From assembly GCA_964556685.1 (NCBI GenBank), contig CAZKWX010000001.1, forward strand, positions 95,854-159,853: 64,000 nt of DNA, written 5' to 3'. Shown piece by piece: positions 9,862 to 19,806 of the stretch (positions within the stretch are counted from its first letter, which is position 1; every line of letters begins with the position of its first letter). The translations under genes and the position numbers were made by a program. This DNA is from an uncultured Bdellovibrionales bacterium. Its GTDB lineage: Bacteria; Patescibacteriota; Minisyncoccia; Moranbacterales; DUUL01. The notes under the pieces are model-generated. The model had not been told where the DNA came from, ran no database searches, and saw only the letters and a list, made by a program, of their open reading frames with translations.

Positions 9862-11256
9862 CTACATATTCAACTTCTTCTTCAAATACTCTTTTAACTC
9901 ATTAATCTTCACCCGATCCTGCTTCATGGTGTCTCGATCGCGCACGGTCACAGCTTTATCTTCCAAAGATTCAAAGTCAAATGTGACACAAAGTGGCGTT
10001 CCAATTTCATCTTGTCTTCGATAGCGCTTTCCGATTGATTGCGTTTCGTCATATTCGGCCACAAATTCGTTTTTAAGATCCTCAAAAATTTCTTTGGCTG
10101 GATCGGTCAAAGTCTCTTTTTTCGCCAACGGCAACACAGCCACTTTCACTGGAGCGATTTTTTTATCCAGTTTTAGAAATACTCTGGTCTCGCCTTTAAC
10201 TTCTTCCTCTCGATAGGCGTCCATTAATAAAATAGTAATCAATCGCGAAAGACCAAAGGTCGGTTCAACCACATGAGGAACTATTTTCTTTCCGTCTTCA
10301 CCAACATATTTCAAATCCTGACCAGAGTGCTTTTCATGATTAGCCAGATCATAATCAGTGCGATAGGCACAGGCAAACATCTCCTTGAAACCCCAAGGGA
10401 ATTTATATTCCAGATCTTCGGTCCTTTTTGAATAGAAAGACAACTCAAATTCTTCGTGCGGTCGCCAGCGAAGATTTTTTTTGTTAATCCCCAATTCCAG
10501 TGCAAAATCATGAATTTCTTTTTGCCAATATTCAAACAACTCTTCCCATTTTTGTTTTTCCGGATCAAAGAAATATTCAAATTCCATCAGATCGAATTCC
10601 AAAGTTCGAAACGTAAATTGACCTTTGGTGATTTCATTGCGAAAAGCTTTCCCCACTTGGCCAATTCCAAAAGGCAATTTGGGCCGCATCGAATCCAAAA
10701 TATTCTTGAAATTAGTGAACAATCCCTGGGCAATTTCGCCTCGCAAGTAGGCTTTATTTTTTTCACCCACAATGATGCCAATTTCAGTTTCGAAAAGATT
10801 GTTAAACTTCCGAGCGGGAGTCATTTCGTTTCCATCGGGACTTTTGATGTCTTCTTTTTCAATTATTTCCTGCAACTCGCCGGCGCTTTTTCCGTCTACT
10901 TTTACTTCCTTTCCTTTGGCGGTAAAATAATCTTCAATTACGTGGTCGGCTCGATGACGCTGATGAGTCACTTTGTCTTCCACCATCACATCAGCAAAGC
11001 CCGCTACATGACCAGAAGCTTCCCAAATTTTGGGATTAACAATGATTGAAGAGTCGATTCCATATATGTCTTTTCGATCACGAATAAACTTTTTCCACCA
11101 AAGATCTTTGGCGTTTTCTTTCATTTCGGCTCCATAAGGCCCATAGTCATAGGCGTTAGCTAAGCCACCATAAAGCTCTGACGACGGAAAAATAAATCCT
11201 CGCCGTTTGCACAGCGAAACAACTTTGCTCAATAAATCATCTTTGTTATTGTCCAT
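9862..11256 (-). CDS. glyQS: glycine-tRNA ligase (alpha2 type)
   Basis: LCKRRGFIF, GKAFRNEI, SIGKRYRRQDEIGTP. Confidence 0.97.
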   Translation of the reverse strand: MDNNKDDLLSKVVSLCKRRGFIFPSSELYGGLANAYDYGPYGAEMKENAKDLWWKKFIRDRKDIYGIDSSIIVNPKIWEASGHVAGFADVMVEDKVTHQRHRADHVIEDYFTAKGKEVKVDGKSAGELQEIIEKEDIKSPDGNEMTPARKFNNLFETEIGIIVGEKNKAYLRGEIAQGLFTNFKNILDSMRPKLPFGIGQVGKAFRNEITKGQFTFRTLEFDLMEFEYFFDPEKQKWEELFEYWQKEIHDFALELGINKKNLRWRPHEEFELSFYSKRTEDLEYKFPWGFKEMFACAYRTDYDLANHEKHSGQDLKYVGEDGKKIVPHVVEPTFGLSRLITILLMDAYREEEVKGETRVFLKLDKKIAPVKVAVLPLAKKETLTDPAKEIFEDLKNEFVAEYDETQSIGKRYRRQDEIGTPLCVTFDFESLEDKAVTVRDRDTMKQDRVKINELKEYLKKKLNM

Positions 11257-11400
11257 TGTTATAAATTACGGATTACAGATCAGATACAAATATACAGATG
11301 TACGAATAATCCTAAACTCTAATAGAAGATTTTTTATTAGTATATTCGTATTTGATTCGTCTCTCGAAGGGAGATCACCCTCCGGGTGATAATTAGTAGA

Positions 11401-11612
11401 GAAAAACAAAACCCGTCCCAATAATCCCAAACATATTGTCTGAAATCATCAGGACGAGCTTCTTCTATCTTCAGTACTAGCTACAAGTTACTAGTTACTG
11501 AACTACCCGCGGTTCCACCTGAATTCGTTTTGTTACGTAGCATGCTACGTAACAAACGCTCTTGTTTTTGTTGCTAACTCCGGGGTGCCAATCTCCCATC
11601 AACATTAGCGAA
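11401..11612 (-). promoter_or_regulatory. T-box riboswitch (Gly, GGC specifier) with terminator
   Basis: Minus strand AATTCAGGTGGAACCGCGGG...CTCGTCC antiterminator; 21-bp GU-rich terminator plus U tract; GGC at 11587-11589. Confidence 0.85.
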
Positions 11613-11622
11613 ACTAGAAATA

Positions 11623-11650
11623 AGTATAAATCTTTTTATTTGCATGTCAA
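11623..11650 (-). promoter_or_regulatory. sigma70-type promoter of the glyQS leader
   Basis: TTGACA-N16-TATACT. Confidence 0.75.
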
Positions 11651-11666
11651 TAGCAAAATCCACGAT

Positions 11667-11780
11667 TTCAAATCCCCCCTACTTCGTCCCGAATGCTCGG
11701 GACTTCGAAGGGCAGGCCTGAAAAATGTGGCTCATGCTTCGCCTACATTTTTTCCCCCTTTGCTAAAAGGGGAAATTTCC
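11667..11780. repeat. composite palindromic element; inverted homolog at 29156-29290
   Basis: TTCAAATCCCCC...CCCCCTTTGCTAAAAGGGG with a nested CTACTTCG-hairpin-CGAAGGGC unit. Confidence 0.8.
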
Positions 11781-11784
11781 TCTC

Positions 11785-14343
11785 TCATTCCTGAATCCTC
11801 TTTTCCAATACCATCGCCACAAAACTATCCCTTTCTAATTTGCTTTGAAATATGGCTGTGCTCTCTTTCACTTCCAATTCCCTGGGATACTGCCAAGCTA
11901 CTTGAGTACCGCTGTCATATTTAACTACAGAGTTAATTCTGGAGTTAATTGACCCGGCTTGTTTTTGAAACAATATTGAATATGAATCACCTTCGCCACT
12001 GAGGTCCACCTTGAAAGGCAACTTATACTTATATTCAATTTCCATTGTCTCCTTGGGTGATACATAGGTCCAATTGGCAAAAACTGTCTTGTTTTCCTCT
12101 TTATAAACTCGCGTGCCAGTTTCATGATCGACCTGCATACTCATTTCTTGAGCTAGCACATCTGAATCTGTTGCGAAGCCCAAAGCTTCATAGTCAACTG
12201 GTGGATCTGTGAATTCCCTTGTTTGACCTTTCACTTCCAGGAGCTCACTGCCTTTGGGCACATAAACTCGCATATAATTCGCATTGACTTGATCGTGCCA
12301 TTCTTTCCCTGTGTCGCCTCCTCGATGATATCGCCGCACTTTGACCGTATTGACAACTGAACCATCTGATTGAATTTCTGCTGAATGTGAAATTTCTTCA
12401 TCAATCACGCCGTCAGTTTTGAAGCCATTGATGTTGGAATTTATCACCATTAAATAATCTTTTTCAGTTTGCAACACTTCACCGGACCAACCTCGTTTTG
12501 AAATTACTCCTTGCACTTCTTCGTTGGTTGAATGGAGCAGAATGTGTTTTTCCTTCAGAGCAGTTGAGAAAATATTCATTATCTTAGCAGCACTGCGAGG
12601 ATCCTTCTGCTCAAACAAGCGGCCAATAATTTGAGGTGCCAAATCAGCCAGAATTTGCTTGGGCTGATTCTCTTCCTTATCAAAATCCACTTCAACCTCT
12701 TGCTGCACCTCCTGCATGAAATTTTCGCTGGAAATAACTTTCTCATATTCTTCCATATTAATCGGCCCAGTCACTTCTAGCATTTTTTGCAGCACCGTGG
12801 GCGTCAGGGTGATAATTCCGTCAACCGTCGGACCGCCCGTTTTTTCATAGAACCAAGAGATTTTTTCGGCTGAAGTGGGAAAATGAGGAAACCAATTGGC
12901 ATCGTGAGTTGACCAGCCAGCCGAAATCTTTTGGATCGGTTTGGGCGGAATGACATTTTCTGAAAGATGCCAGTCGGGATTATAAATTCCATCAATAAAA
13001 AGCTCTTTTATCCTTCCATCGCTGATGTGTAATATTCCATAACTGCCCACAAATCCACCGGTGGCTCTCATTTCGTGATTGTTTTGAAACAGCAAGAGGT
13101 ATTTTCGCGGACCGTTGTGGCCTAAAATCTCCAAAAACACTTGCGAATTTTGATCAATATCGTTAACTGCTTTGGAAAAAATCGGGAGATTTTTTTTGAT
13201 CATGCTCACTTTGGCTTGATATTCATCTGGCAAATCTGTCACGTCAACTTTGGCTATTTTTTCTTCTGCAATCACCAGCGACCCTCTGGCTTCCTTGATG
13301 TGACCGTTAGCTTTAAGATAGACATCAGTGAGCGATTGATTGCTTTCTGGATCAAAAGGATTTTTGACACCATTCAGCACTTGGGCCACTTGAGCCAATT
13401 CATAGCTGGCTTTAGCCAATTCATTTCCTGCTTCAACTAGGTTTTTTCCGCTGCTCAATTTTGATAAAAATGGCAAACCCGAAAAAATATCTAGCACATC
13501 GCCCCCAAGTTTCTCCATCTGCTCTTGGGCTCGACCAAATTCCTCAATGGCATCTTCGAAATTGCTGTTGGCCGAGTCATAATTCTTGCTTTCGAAAGCA
13601 GCGGTCGCAGCCATCAAACGCTTGATGGCCATTTGCCCACCGTCTTGAGCGTTGGTTTTGACTTGAAAGCCATAAGAAAAAAACATGAAGACAAAAATCA
13701 GCACCGCTGCTGCAGCCGAAACAGCAGTAAAATTGAGTAGCGGTTTCCCCAGCCAATTCGCTCGCGGTCCATCCAAAATGTCTTGATAGTTAGAAAATAA
13801 AGAAAATTTCTTCTTGTACTTCTTTTCTTCCTCTGACAAAAAATCATCAATTTTTTCTTCCAATTCAGTTTGTCTCTGATCTTTTTGAGTTGGCAGTTGA
13901 TTATCATCTTCTGTAGAAGTCTGATATGTTACAGCTGGTGCTTGCGCAGTTTGAATAGGCTGAATAGGCAATGGCTTTCTTTCGGGTAGCTCGCCTCTTC
14001 GAACAATATCGGCATTAAAAGCTTTTCGGCTTTCTGGAACATGAGAAGATTTTATTAAATGCGGATATCGCTCTTGCTGGCTGTCAAAAACCTGATTGAA
14101 TTGAATTCTGTTGGCCTTGGCTGGAGTCACTTCCTGGACATCCATTTGTGGAAGCTGCTGTGGCTGTAATGGTTGTTGTGATTGGGGCGATTGAGAGGGT
14201 TGTGGAGGCTCTAAATCTGCTACTTCAATCGGCCTTTTTCTCTGAACTTCTTTGCCTATTCTTTCCTCTTCCTCAACCACATCTAAAAACGGACGATCTT
14301 CATCGTGCATTTGAGACGTCTTTTTTTCACGATTATCTTCCAA
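11785..14343 (-). CDS. DUF4012 domain membrane protein
   Basis: YLLLFQNNHEMRATGGFVGS, DANWFPHFP, VDGII motifs. Confidence 0.9.
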   Translation of the reverse strand: MEDNREKKTSQMHDEDRPFLDVVEEEERIGKEVQRKRPIEVADLEPPQPSQSPQSQQPLQPQQLPQMDVQEVTPAKANRIQFNQVFDSQQERYPHLIKSSHVPESRKAFNADIVRRGELPERKPLPIQPIQTAQAPAVTYQTSTEDDNQLPTQKDQRQTELEEKIDDFLSEEEKKYKKKFSLFSNYQDILDGPRANWLGKPLLNFTAVSAAAAVLIFVFMFFSYGFQVKTNAQDGGQMAIKRLMAATAAFESKNYDSANSNFEDAIEEFGRAQEQMEKLGGDVLDIFSGLPFLSKLSSGKNLVEAGNELAKASYELAQVAQVLNGVKNPFDPESNQSLTDVYLKANGHIKEARGSLVIAEEKIAKVDVTDLPDEYQAKVSMIKKNLPIFSKAVNDIDQNSQVFLEILGHNGPRKYLLLFQNNHEMRATGGFVGSYGILHISDGRIKELFIDGIYNPDWHLSENVIPPKPIQKISAGWSTHDANWFPHFPTSAEKISWFYEKTGGPTVDGIITLTPTVLQKMLEVTGPINMEEYEKVISSENFMQEVQQEVEVDFDKEENQPKQILADLAPQIIGRLFEQKDPRSAAKIMNIFSTALKEKHILLHSTNEEVQGVISKRGWSGEVLQTEKDYLMVINSNINGFKTDGVIDEEISHSAEIQSDGSVVNTVKVRRYHRGGDTGKEWHDQVNANYMRVYVPKGSELLEVKGQTREFTDPPVDYEALGFATDSDVLAQEMSMQVDHETGTRVYKEENKTVFANWTYVSPKETMEIEYKYKLPFKVDLSGEGDSYSILFQKQAGSINSRINSVVKYDSGTQVAWQYPRELEVKESTAIFQSKLERDSFVAMVLEKRIQE

Positions 14344-14420
14344 TTTTAGTTTTGCTTTTATTTATTACTTTAAATCTGATAATAACGCCTTGCGTTTGAA
14401 ACCTTGAGTTACGAGACTCA

Positions 14421-14570
14421 TCCCCCCCTCTTCTAAAGAGGGTGCTGAATTTATTAGTAATGAATTCAGGGGAGTTCGTCTGTATGGCTGGCGACTACTG
14501 TCATTCAAACTAACCTCCTCCCTGCACTCGTCTTCAACGAGCACAGCCCCTTAACAAGGGGAGGGATAAA
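14421..14570. repeat. ~150-bp palindromic element; inverted copy at 17345-17490
   Basis: 39 bp identical in reverse complement, plus a similar central segment. Confidence 0.85.
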
Positions 14571-14574
14571 AACA

Positions 14575-15714
14575 TTACGCATTCTCTTTATAAATCTGTA
14601 AGATCTCTCCAGCCATTTTGCCCCAATCAAATTTCTTAAGATTCTGCAAAACTTTTTCTTCGTTAAACTTAACTCCTTCATCCACTCCTTTCTCGATCGC
14701 TTTAGCAATCGAATTAACTTTTTCAGGGTCAAAATATTCAGCACAGTCTCCCAAAATATCCGGCAGACAGGTTTTTGATGACGACATCACTGGCGTTGAT
14801 TTGGCCAGCGCCTCCAAAGGCGGCAACCCAAAACCTTCATAGAGCGATGGGAAGATATAGAACTTAGCTTCTCGATAGAGCACGTCCAGATCTCGATCTG
14901 AAACATAGCCTGGAAAAATGATTCCTTCGACTTTGTTGTTGACTGTAAATTCTTTCAGTCGGTTATAGAAATATTCTTCCCCGCCGACTAAGACCAAATT
15001 CAACTCAGGATATTTCTCTTTTGCTTTTGCATGTGCCAAAACCAGCCGCTCCAAATTCTTATGCGGATAGGCGTTCCCCACATATATTATGTACGGCTTG
15101 ATTATACCATACTTTTTGAGAATTTCCTCTGCTGGTTGCTTCGGAACATAGCATCGGAAATCACAACCCTCATGAATCATTTCTATTTTGTTAGGATCTA
15201 TTTTGAGCTCATCAATAATATCCTTTCGAGTAAAATCTGATACGGCAATCGCCTTGGCCGCCCGTCTTGCTGCACTCCAGATGATCCAATGATAGGCAGC
15301 CAGCTTAAGATAATAAAAAAACCTGTTGTGCGTGGTGTTTCGTACTGTAGGATAGTGAAAAAGAATCAAGTCGTGGATAGTAACAATAAATTTTTTTCGA
15401 TAGAGCAACGGGACATTGAAGTGACAAAAATGCATCAAATCCAGATTGAATTGGCCCAGAAAGAATGGAAATTTAAACTGTTCCGCAAAAGAATACCAGT
15501 GATAATCAGCTTCAATTTTTTTGAAGTTTTTGAACTTGGGGAGATATTCATTGAAGTTGTCTTTTTTGAGAAAAATGTAATATTCTCGCTTTAAGCTCCC
15601 TCCATCAACATCTTCAAGATATTCAACCAGTTTTTGGGCATAACGACCCAATCCCTTGCCTTTGGGACCCAAAAAACGAGCATCAATCCCAATGCGTTTT
15701 GGTTTTGTTTTCAT
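14575..15714 (-). CDS. GT4 glycosyltransferase
   Basis: IGIDAR, TIHDL, PSLYEGFGLPPLEA. Confidence 0.92.
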   Translation of the reverse strand: MKTKPKRIGIDARFLGPKGKGLGRYAQKLVEYLEDVDGGSLKREYYIFLKKDNFNEYLPKFKNFKKIEADYHWYSFAEQFKFPFFLGQFNLDLMHFCHFNVPLLYRKKFIVTIHDLILFHYPTVRNTTHNRFFYYLKLAAYHWIIWSAARRAAKAIAVSDFTRKDIIDELKIDPNKIEMIHEGCDFRCYVPKQPAEEILKKYGIIKPYIIYVGNAYPHKNLERLVLAHAKAKEKYPELNLVLVGGEEYFYNRLKEFTVNNKVEGIIFPGYVSDRDLDVLYREAKFYIFPSLYEGFGLPPLEALAKSTPVMSSSKTCLPDILGDCAEYFDPEKVNSIAKAIEKGVDEGVKFNEEKVLQNLKKFDWGKMAGEILQIYKENA

Positions 15715-15803
15715 GGCTATAGTTTATCATACATTTTAACTAAAAAAAAACGAGGCTGGTAAAACCAGCCTCTAAGTGGATTACTTGACGATGATTCAAG
15801 CAA

Positions 15804-16070
15804 CTACCAGCCTTCTTTAATATCGAAACCACAGAATTCGAGCAAGTTCGTAAGATTGACAATCAATCTATTCGACATTGCTGTTCTTTTTAAGGTGGCT
15901 TCTTTCATTCCCCCTTGGAAGATAAGTACCAGCACGGTATCGCTTGAATCAGTGTAAAACGTCGCCGCTTCTTCGTCTGCCGACATTCTAAACGGACCCT
16001 CCTCGTTGTAATCTTTGTTGAGATAATTCGCCATAGCTTTTGCCAATTCTAGAAAGCCCTTTCCTTTCAT
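15804..16070 (-). CDS. hypothetical protein
   Basis: Strong SD AGGAGGAG and a downstream hairpin. Confidence 0.65.
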   Translation of the reverse strand: MKGKGFLELAKAMANYLNKDYNEEGPFRMSADEEAATFYTDSSDTVLVLIFQGGMKEATLKRTAMSNRLIVNLTNLLEFCGFDIKEGW

Positions 16071-16170
16071 ACACTCCTCCTTTTCGTTCCCTATATTCTA
16101 TTTGATTTCTTTCTGTCTGTTTATCAAATTAGTTTTCTGTGTTAACACACTTATTGCTTATTGTCAAATT

Positions 16171-17307
16171 TTATACTATTTTTACATTGATATCGGCTTT
16201 TTTCTTTATTTTCTCAGCCCGCTTTTTGCCTCTCTCCCTAAAATGATTTTGTAACTCCTTGTTTTCCAACAGATTTCTTAATGCTACATATATTTCATTG
16301 GGGTTATATGGATCAATCAAAATGGCACTGTCGCCGGCCACTTCCGGAAAAGATGAACAATTGGAAGTGATCACTGGAGTGCCAGAAGCCATTGCTTCCG
16401 CCACTGGAAAGCCAAAGCCTTCATAGAAAGAAGGATAGATAAAGATTTTCGCCATTTGATAGAGTGCCGGTTTGTCTTTTTCATCGACATAACCCGGCAA
16501 AATTATGTCGGCTTGATATTCTGAATTTTGGACTACCTGGAAAACTTCCCGGTTGGACCAACCTGATTGACCAGCAATGACGAGTTTCAGATCTAGTAGC
16601 TGAGGAGATCCCTTTTTAAGCAATTTAAAAGCTTGAATGAGCGAAACAACATTTTTTCTTGGCTCGATAGTTCCCAGAAAGAGAATAAAATCTTTCGATA
16701 GTTTATATTTATTATTCAACTTGGCCCTGTCTTCCCAGCTCAATTTAAAATCCAAATATTTCATCAGATTATTGATCGGCGTGATCACCTCAATCTTTTT
16801 TTCGTCTATTCCATAGAGTCCTGCCAAATCCTGTTTGGTTGACTCGGAAACGGCTAAAATTTTGTCAGCTCTTCGACACAGTCGACGCGAATTGATGACA
16901 AAATGCCAAACTCTTTTTTTGAATGAAAAAAATTCTGGGAACCTTTCAAAAGAAAGATCGTGAATGGTCAGCACCATTTGACATTTATCCGAAACTGACA
17001 CAAAGCCAATGTTGGGCGCAAAAAAAACATTCACTCCGCCGAGCAGGATGTCAATTTTGGGCCAGCCGAAAAACCAAATCAATCCATTGAGCAGTTTGTT
17101 GGGATAGCTATACTTTCTTATTTCTACATTCGGATATTCTTCTAGCCATTTGAGATCCGTTTCAATTTTCTTGAATGAATTGATAAACAAAACATATTGG
17201 TTTTCTCGATCATTCTCCAAGGTCTTTTTCAAAAAGCCCACGGCATATTCTTCCACCCCGGTTATTTTGCCCTCCGTTAGACATCTGATGTCAATTCCAA
17301 TGGTCAT
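16171..17307 (-). CDS. GT4 glycosyltransferase
   Basis: [23 protein letters not shown]. Confidence 0.92.
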   Translation of the reverse strand: MTIGIDIRCLTEGKITGVEEYAVGFLKKTLENDRENQYVLFINSFKKIETDLKWLEEYPNVEIRKYSYPNKLLNGLIWFFGWPKIDILLGGVNVFFAPNIGFVSVSDKCQMVLTIHDLSFERFPEFFSFKKRVWHFVINSRRLCRRADKILAVSESTKQDLAGLYGIDEKKIEVITPINNLMKYLDFKLSWEDRAKLNNKYKLSKDFILFLGTIEPRKNVVSLIQAFKLLKKGSPQLLDLKLVIAGQSGWSNREVFQVVQNSEYQADIILPGYVDEKDKPALYQMAKIFIYPSFYEGFGFPVAEAMASGTPVITSNCSSFPEVAGDSAILIDPYNPNEIYVALRNLLENKELQNHFRERGKKRAEKIKKKADINVKIV

Positions 17308-17344
17308 TTTCCGTTTTTCTCTATAATATTATGTTGGTATGTTT

Positions 17345-17490
17345 TCCTCCCCTTGCTAAGGGGAGGGCTGAAAAGCGGATGAGCTTTTCAGGAGGGGTTA
17401 GTCTAAATGGCAGTAGTCACCAGCCACTTGGACTAACTCCCCTGAATTCATTACTAATAAATTCAGCACCCTCTTACCAAGAGGGGGAAC
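17345..17490. repeat. ~150-bp palindromic element (inverted partner of 14421-14570)
   Basis: AACTCCCCTGAATTCATTACTAATAAATTCAGCACCCTC. Confidence 0.85.
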
Positions 17491-17545
17491 GCAAACTCTA
17501 ATAGTTAACGTTGCTAAATATAATAAATCAAATTAACTTTTCATA

Positions 17546-18160
17546 TCAATCCTCCTTCCAATAATGTTTAGTCATCACTCCAAAAATTGCAAAAAGAAGT
17601 CCCAAAATGATAGCACTGGTCAGCACGGCCAAAAATGGCGCCTGCTTTCTTTCCACCACCGGACCAGTGAAAACAGGCTTGAACCAATCTTGTTGAGCTG
17701 AATCGGCTTTGAGCATTTCCACTCGATCCGAAACTACCATGTTGACTGATTTAGAAATCGCATTCGCTTGATCAGGATGCATCACCAAAAATTTCACCTG
17801 AATATAGGCTGGTGCCAATTGTTCTGCTTTAAATGAATTTTTATATTCCGCTAAAGCATCTCCTTGAACCCCCAGTTTGGACTGAGAATAAATAGCCCCC
17901 ACCATGCCTGGCTCCTTGAGCCATTGAGTGACAGTTTTGGCAAATTGGTCGTCGGCTTCCAAACGATAAAACTGATCAAAATCATACTCTTTGGCTTGAC
18001 TTCTTGAGCCTTCCCGAGTGATGTCAACTGAAATCATGGCTTGAAAGTGTCGCGGCCAAAAAGACAGCACAATTAGCCCAATCAAAACTATGCCCAACCA
18101 AATCCCCCAAAAGAGATTTTTGTGCCTTTTGATTATTTGGATGTATAGTTTTAGTTCCAT
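17546..18160 (-). CDS. Wzz/CpsC-like polysaccharide chain-length protein
   Basis: MELKLYIQIIKR start; two terminal TMs; next to glycosyltransferases. Confidence 0.7.
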   Translation of the reverse strand: MELKLYIQIIKRHKNLFWGIWLGIVLIGLIVLSFWPRHFQAMISVDITREGSRSQAKEYDFDQFYRLEADDQFAKTVTQWLKEPGMVGAIYSQSKLGVQGDALAEYKNSFKAEQLAPAYIQVKFLVMHPDQANAISKSVNMVVSDRVEMLKADSAQQDWFKPVFTGPVVERKQAPFLAVLTSAIILGLLFAIFGVMTKHYWKED

Positions 18161-18377
18161 ATGAATTATTTTTTGTCATCCCGGACTTGATCCGGGATCC
18201 AGTGACTTTTCATTTCATCTGTTCTCCACCTGAGATATCTACGTAGATATCTCAGTAGCAACTTTATATCTAGTATTTCAATATACTGAATGAAGCGAAA
18301 AAAATCAAATTAAAAACAGGCCGCGAAAGGAAATTTCCTGGACCTGTTCTTTTGGTATTTTAAAAAAAGACCCCGCA

Positions 18378-18620
18378 TCATACTTTTCTCCTCTTTTTGA
18401 ATTTTATGCTACCCGTCATAATTGAAAGAAGACCGGCGCAAATCAATGATGTTATCATTGCCAGGCATCCGACAATAAATCTGGCAATGATACATAACAC
18501 ATAAATCAACTCTTTTAAACCATTTGTTGCTACCAATATCATAATGACACCTCCTTTGATTTTCCTCTTTTTAATAAAAAACTGGTCATAAATACTACAA
18601 CAGGCATAAATAAAAATCAA
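18378..18620 (-). CDS. small hydrophobic hypothetical protein (start likely ~18543)
   Basis: SD AGGAGGT before the internal ATG; TM segment and basic tail. Confidence 0.45.
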   Translation of the reverse strand: MIFIYACCSIYDQFFIKKRKIKGGVIMILVATNGLKELIYVLCIIARFIVGCLAMITSLICAGLLSIMTGSIKFKKRRKV

Positions 18621-18699
18621 ATAAAAAAGGCGGCATAGTTGAATATTACATTACCATGCCTGCCTTTCCTCAAATTTTTATTAGGACTTTTTTCTTTTT

Positions 18700-18867
18700 C
18701 TAGACGCGGGGAGCCACGAAAGTTACCTCCTCACCCCAACGGCAGAAAAAAGTTCTTCCTGTTTGCTTAATGCTCGCGACATTAAAAACGTCTGCGTCAT
18801 CAGGACCATCACCTTCTCGTTCAGCTTCTTTTGCTTTTATGTGCTCCTCGAAATTCGGTAATTCCAT
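18700..18867 (-). CDS. 55-aa hypothetical protein (not in ORF track)
   Basis: MELPNFEEHIKAK...APRV*; SD AAGGAGGT. Confidence 0.55.
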   Translation of the reverse strand: MELPNFEEHIKAKEAEREGDGPDDADVFNVASIKQTGRTFFCRWGEEVTFVAPRV

Positions 18868-18989
18868 TAAACCCACCTCCTTTTATTTTTTTAGCACGTA
18901 GCTCATGTCCTATCTGTTCATACAGATTTTGTCAATAATAATTACAAAGGGGCATTGCAATGCTTCCACAACGCCCCAAAAGTTCAAAA

Positions 18990-19361
18990 TTACACTCTCC
19001 GTTCCTGGATTGTTCCCTCCTCTCTAAGAATGAAGAGCCTGCCAAGATACGGCATCAATTCAGGGTTATCCTTGGAAATAATTATAATATTCCTCAGATA
19101 TAACTGGATTTTGAGCATGATGCTCAAATCTCCAATGTTCTTACAAACTAAGAAATGAACAGTCGAGCCCACCTCCAGAGACAGGATATCAATTGCCTCT
19201 CTGTCAGCATAAACATTGTAAGCCAGCTCTCCCACTTCTGGGAATAGATCGCTATCTAACAATGCCAGATGAAGCTCTCTTGCTTTCTTGACCGTAAATT
19301 CCCCAATATCTCCCTCTGACAACAATAAAACTTTGATTGGAGGCGGTTGTTTTTTTCTCAT
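18990..19361 (-). CDS. hypothetical protein
   Basis: SD AGGAGGT before MRKKQ; coupled by ATGA overlap to a 22-aa ORF at 19358-19426. Confidence 0.6.
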   Translation of the reverse strand: MRKKQPPPIKVLLLSEGDIGEFTVKKARELHLALLDSDLFPEVGELAYNVYADREAIDILSLEVGSTVHFLVCKNIGDLSIMLKIQLYLRNIIIISKDNPELMPYLGRLFILREEGTIQERRV

Positions 19362-19553
19362 ACGGCACCTCCTACCCATTGATTCTCATCCATTCTGTTT
19401 ACTGTTCTCGTTTTTAGCTCCGGCATTTTTTCCTCCTCCATTTCAGCTCGAGTTATAAGGTCCCCACCCCCTTGTTGTTGTGATATGTACAATAAATCTT
19501 ATTTTATTCTTAGTACGCATTTTTGTCAAGACTTATTGACAAAAACTAAAATA

Positions 19554-19588
19554 ACCAAAAACCCGCCTCTAGCAAGCGGGTTTTTGGT
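19554..19588. terminator. intrinsic terminator
   Basis: ACCAAAAACCCGC...GCGGGTTTTTGGT. Confidence 0.75.
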
Positions 19589-19806
19589 TTAATCTGAAAG
19601 AACTTTTTGCTTAAGCAAGTGCGCACGCACCACAATCGTCTTGCTCAATCTCACCTTGATTCTTTCGCGAGACGATCTATAAAAATATTGAGAACGTACC
19701 AAAATCAGTACGCTCCTTTTGTTTCTATTTTTTCTAGAAACACGAAATAATTATAAACCAGTCCGATTGATCGGTCAACAATAACTTTTCCACAATTAGT
19801 AAATCT

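Noticed and set aside
574-19796. Replication origin from DnaA boxes (574, 6713, near-match 19788)
   Set aside because: The boxes are isolated, not clustered, and there is no dnaA or dnaN.
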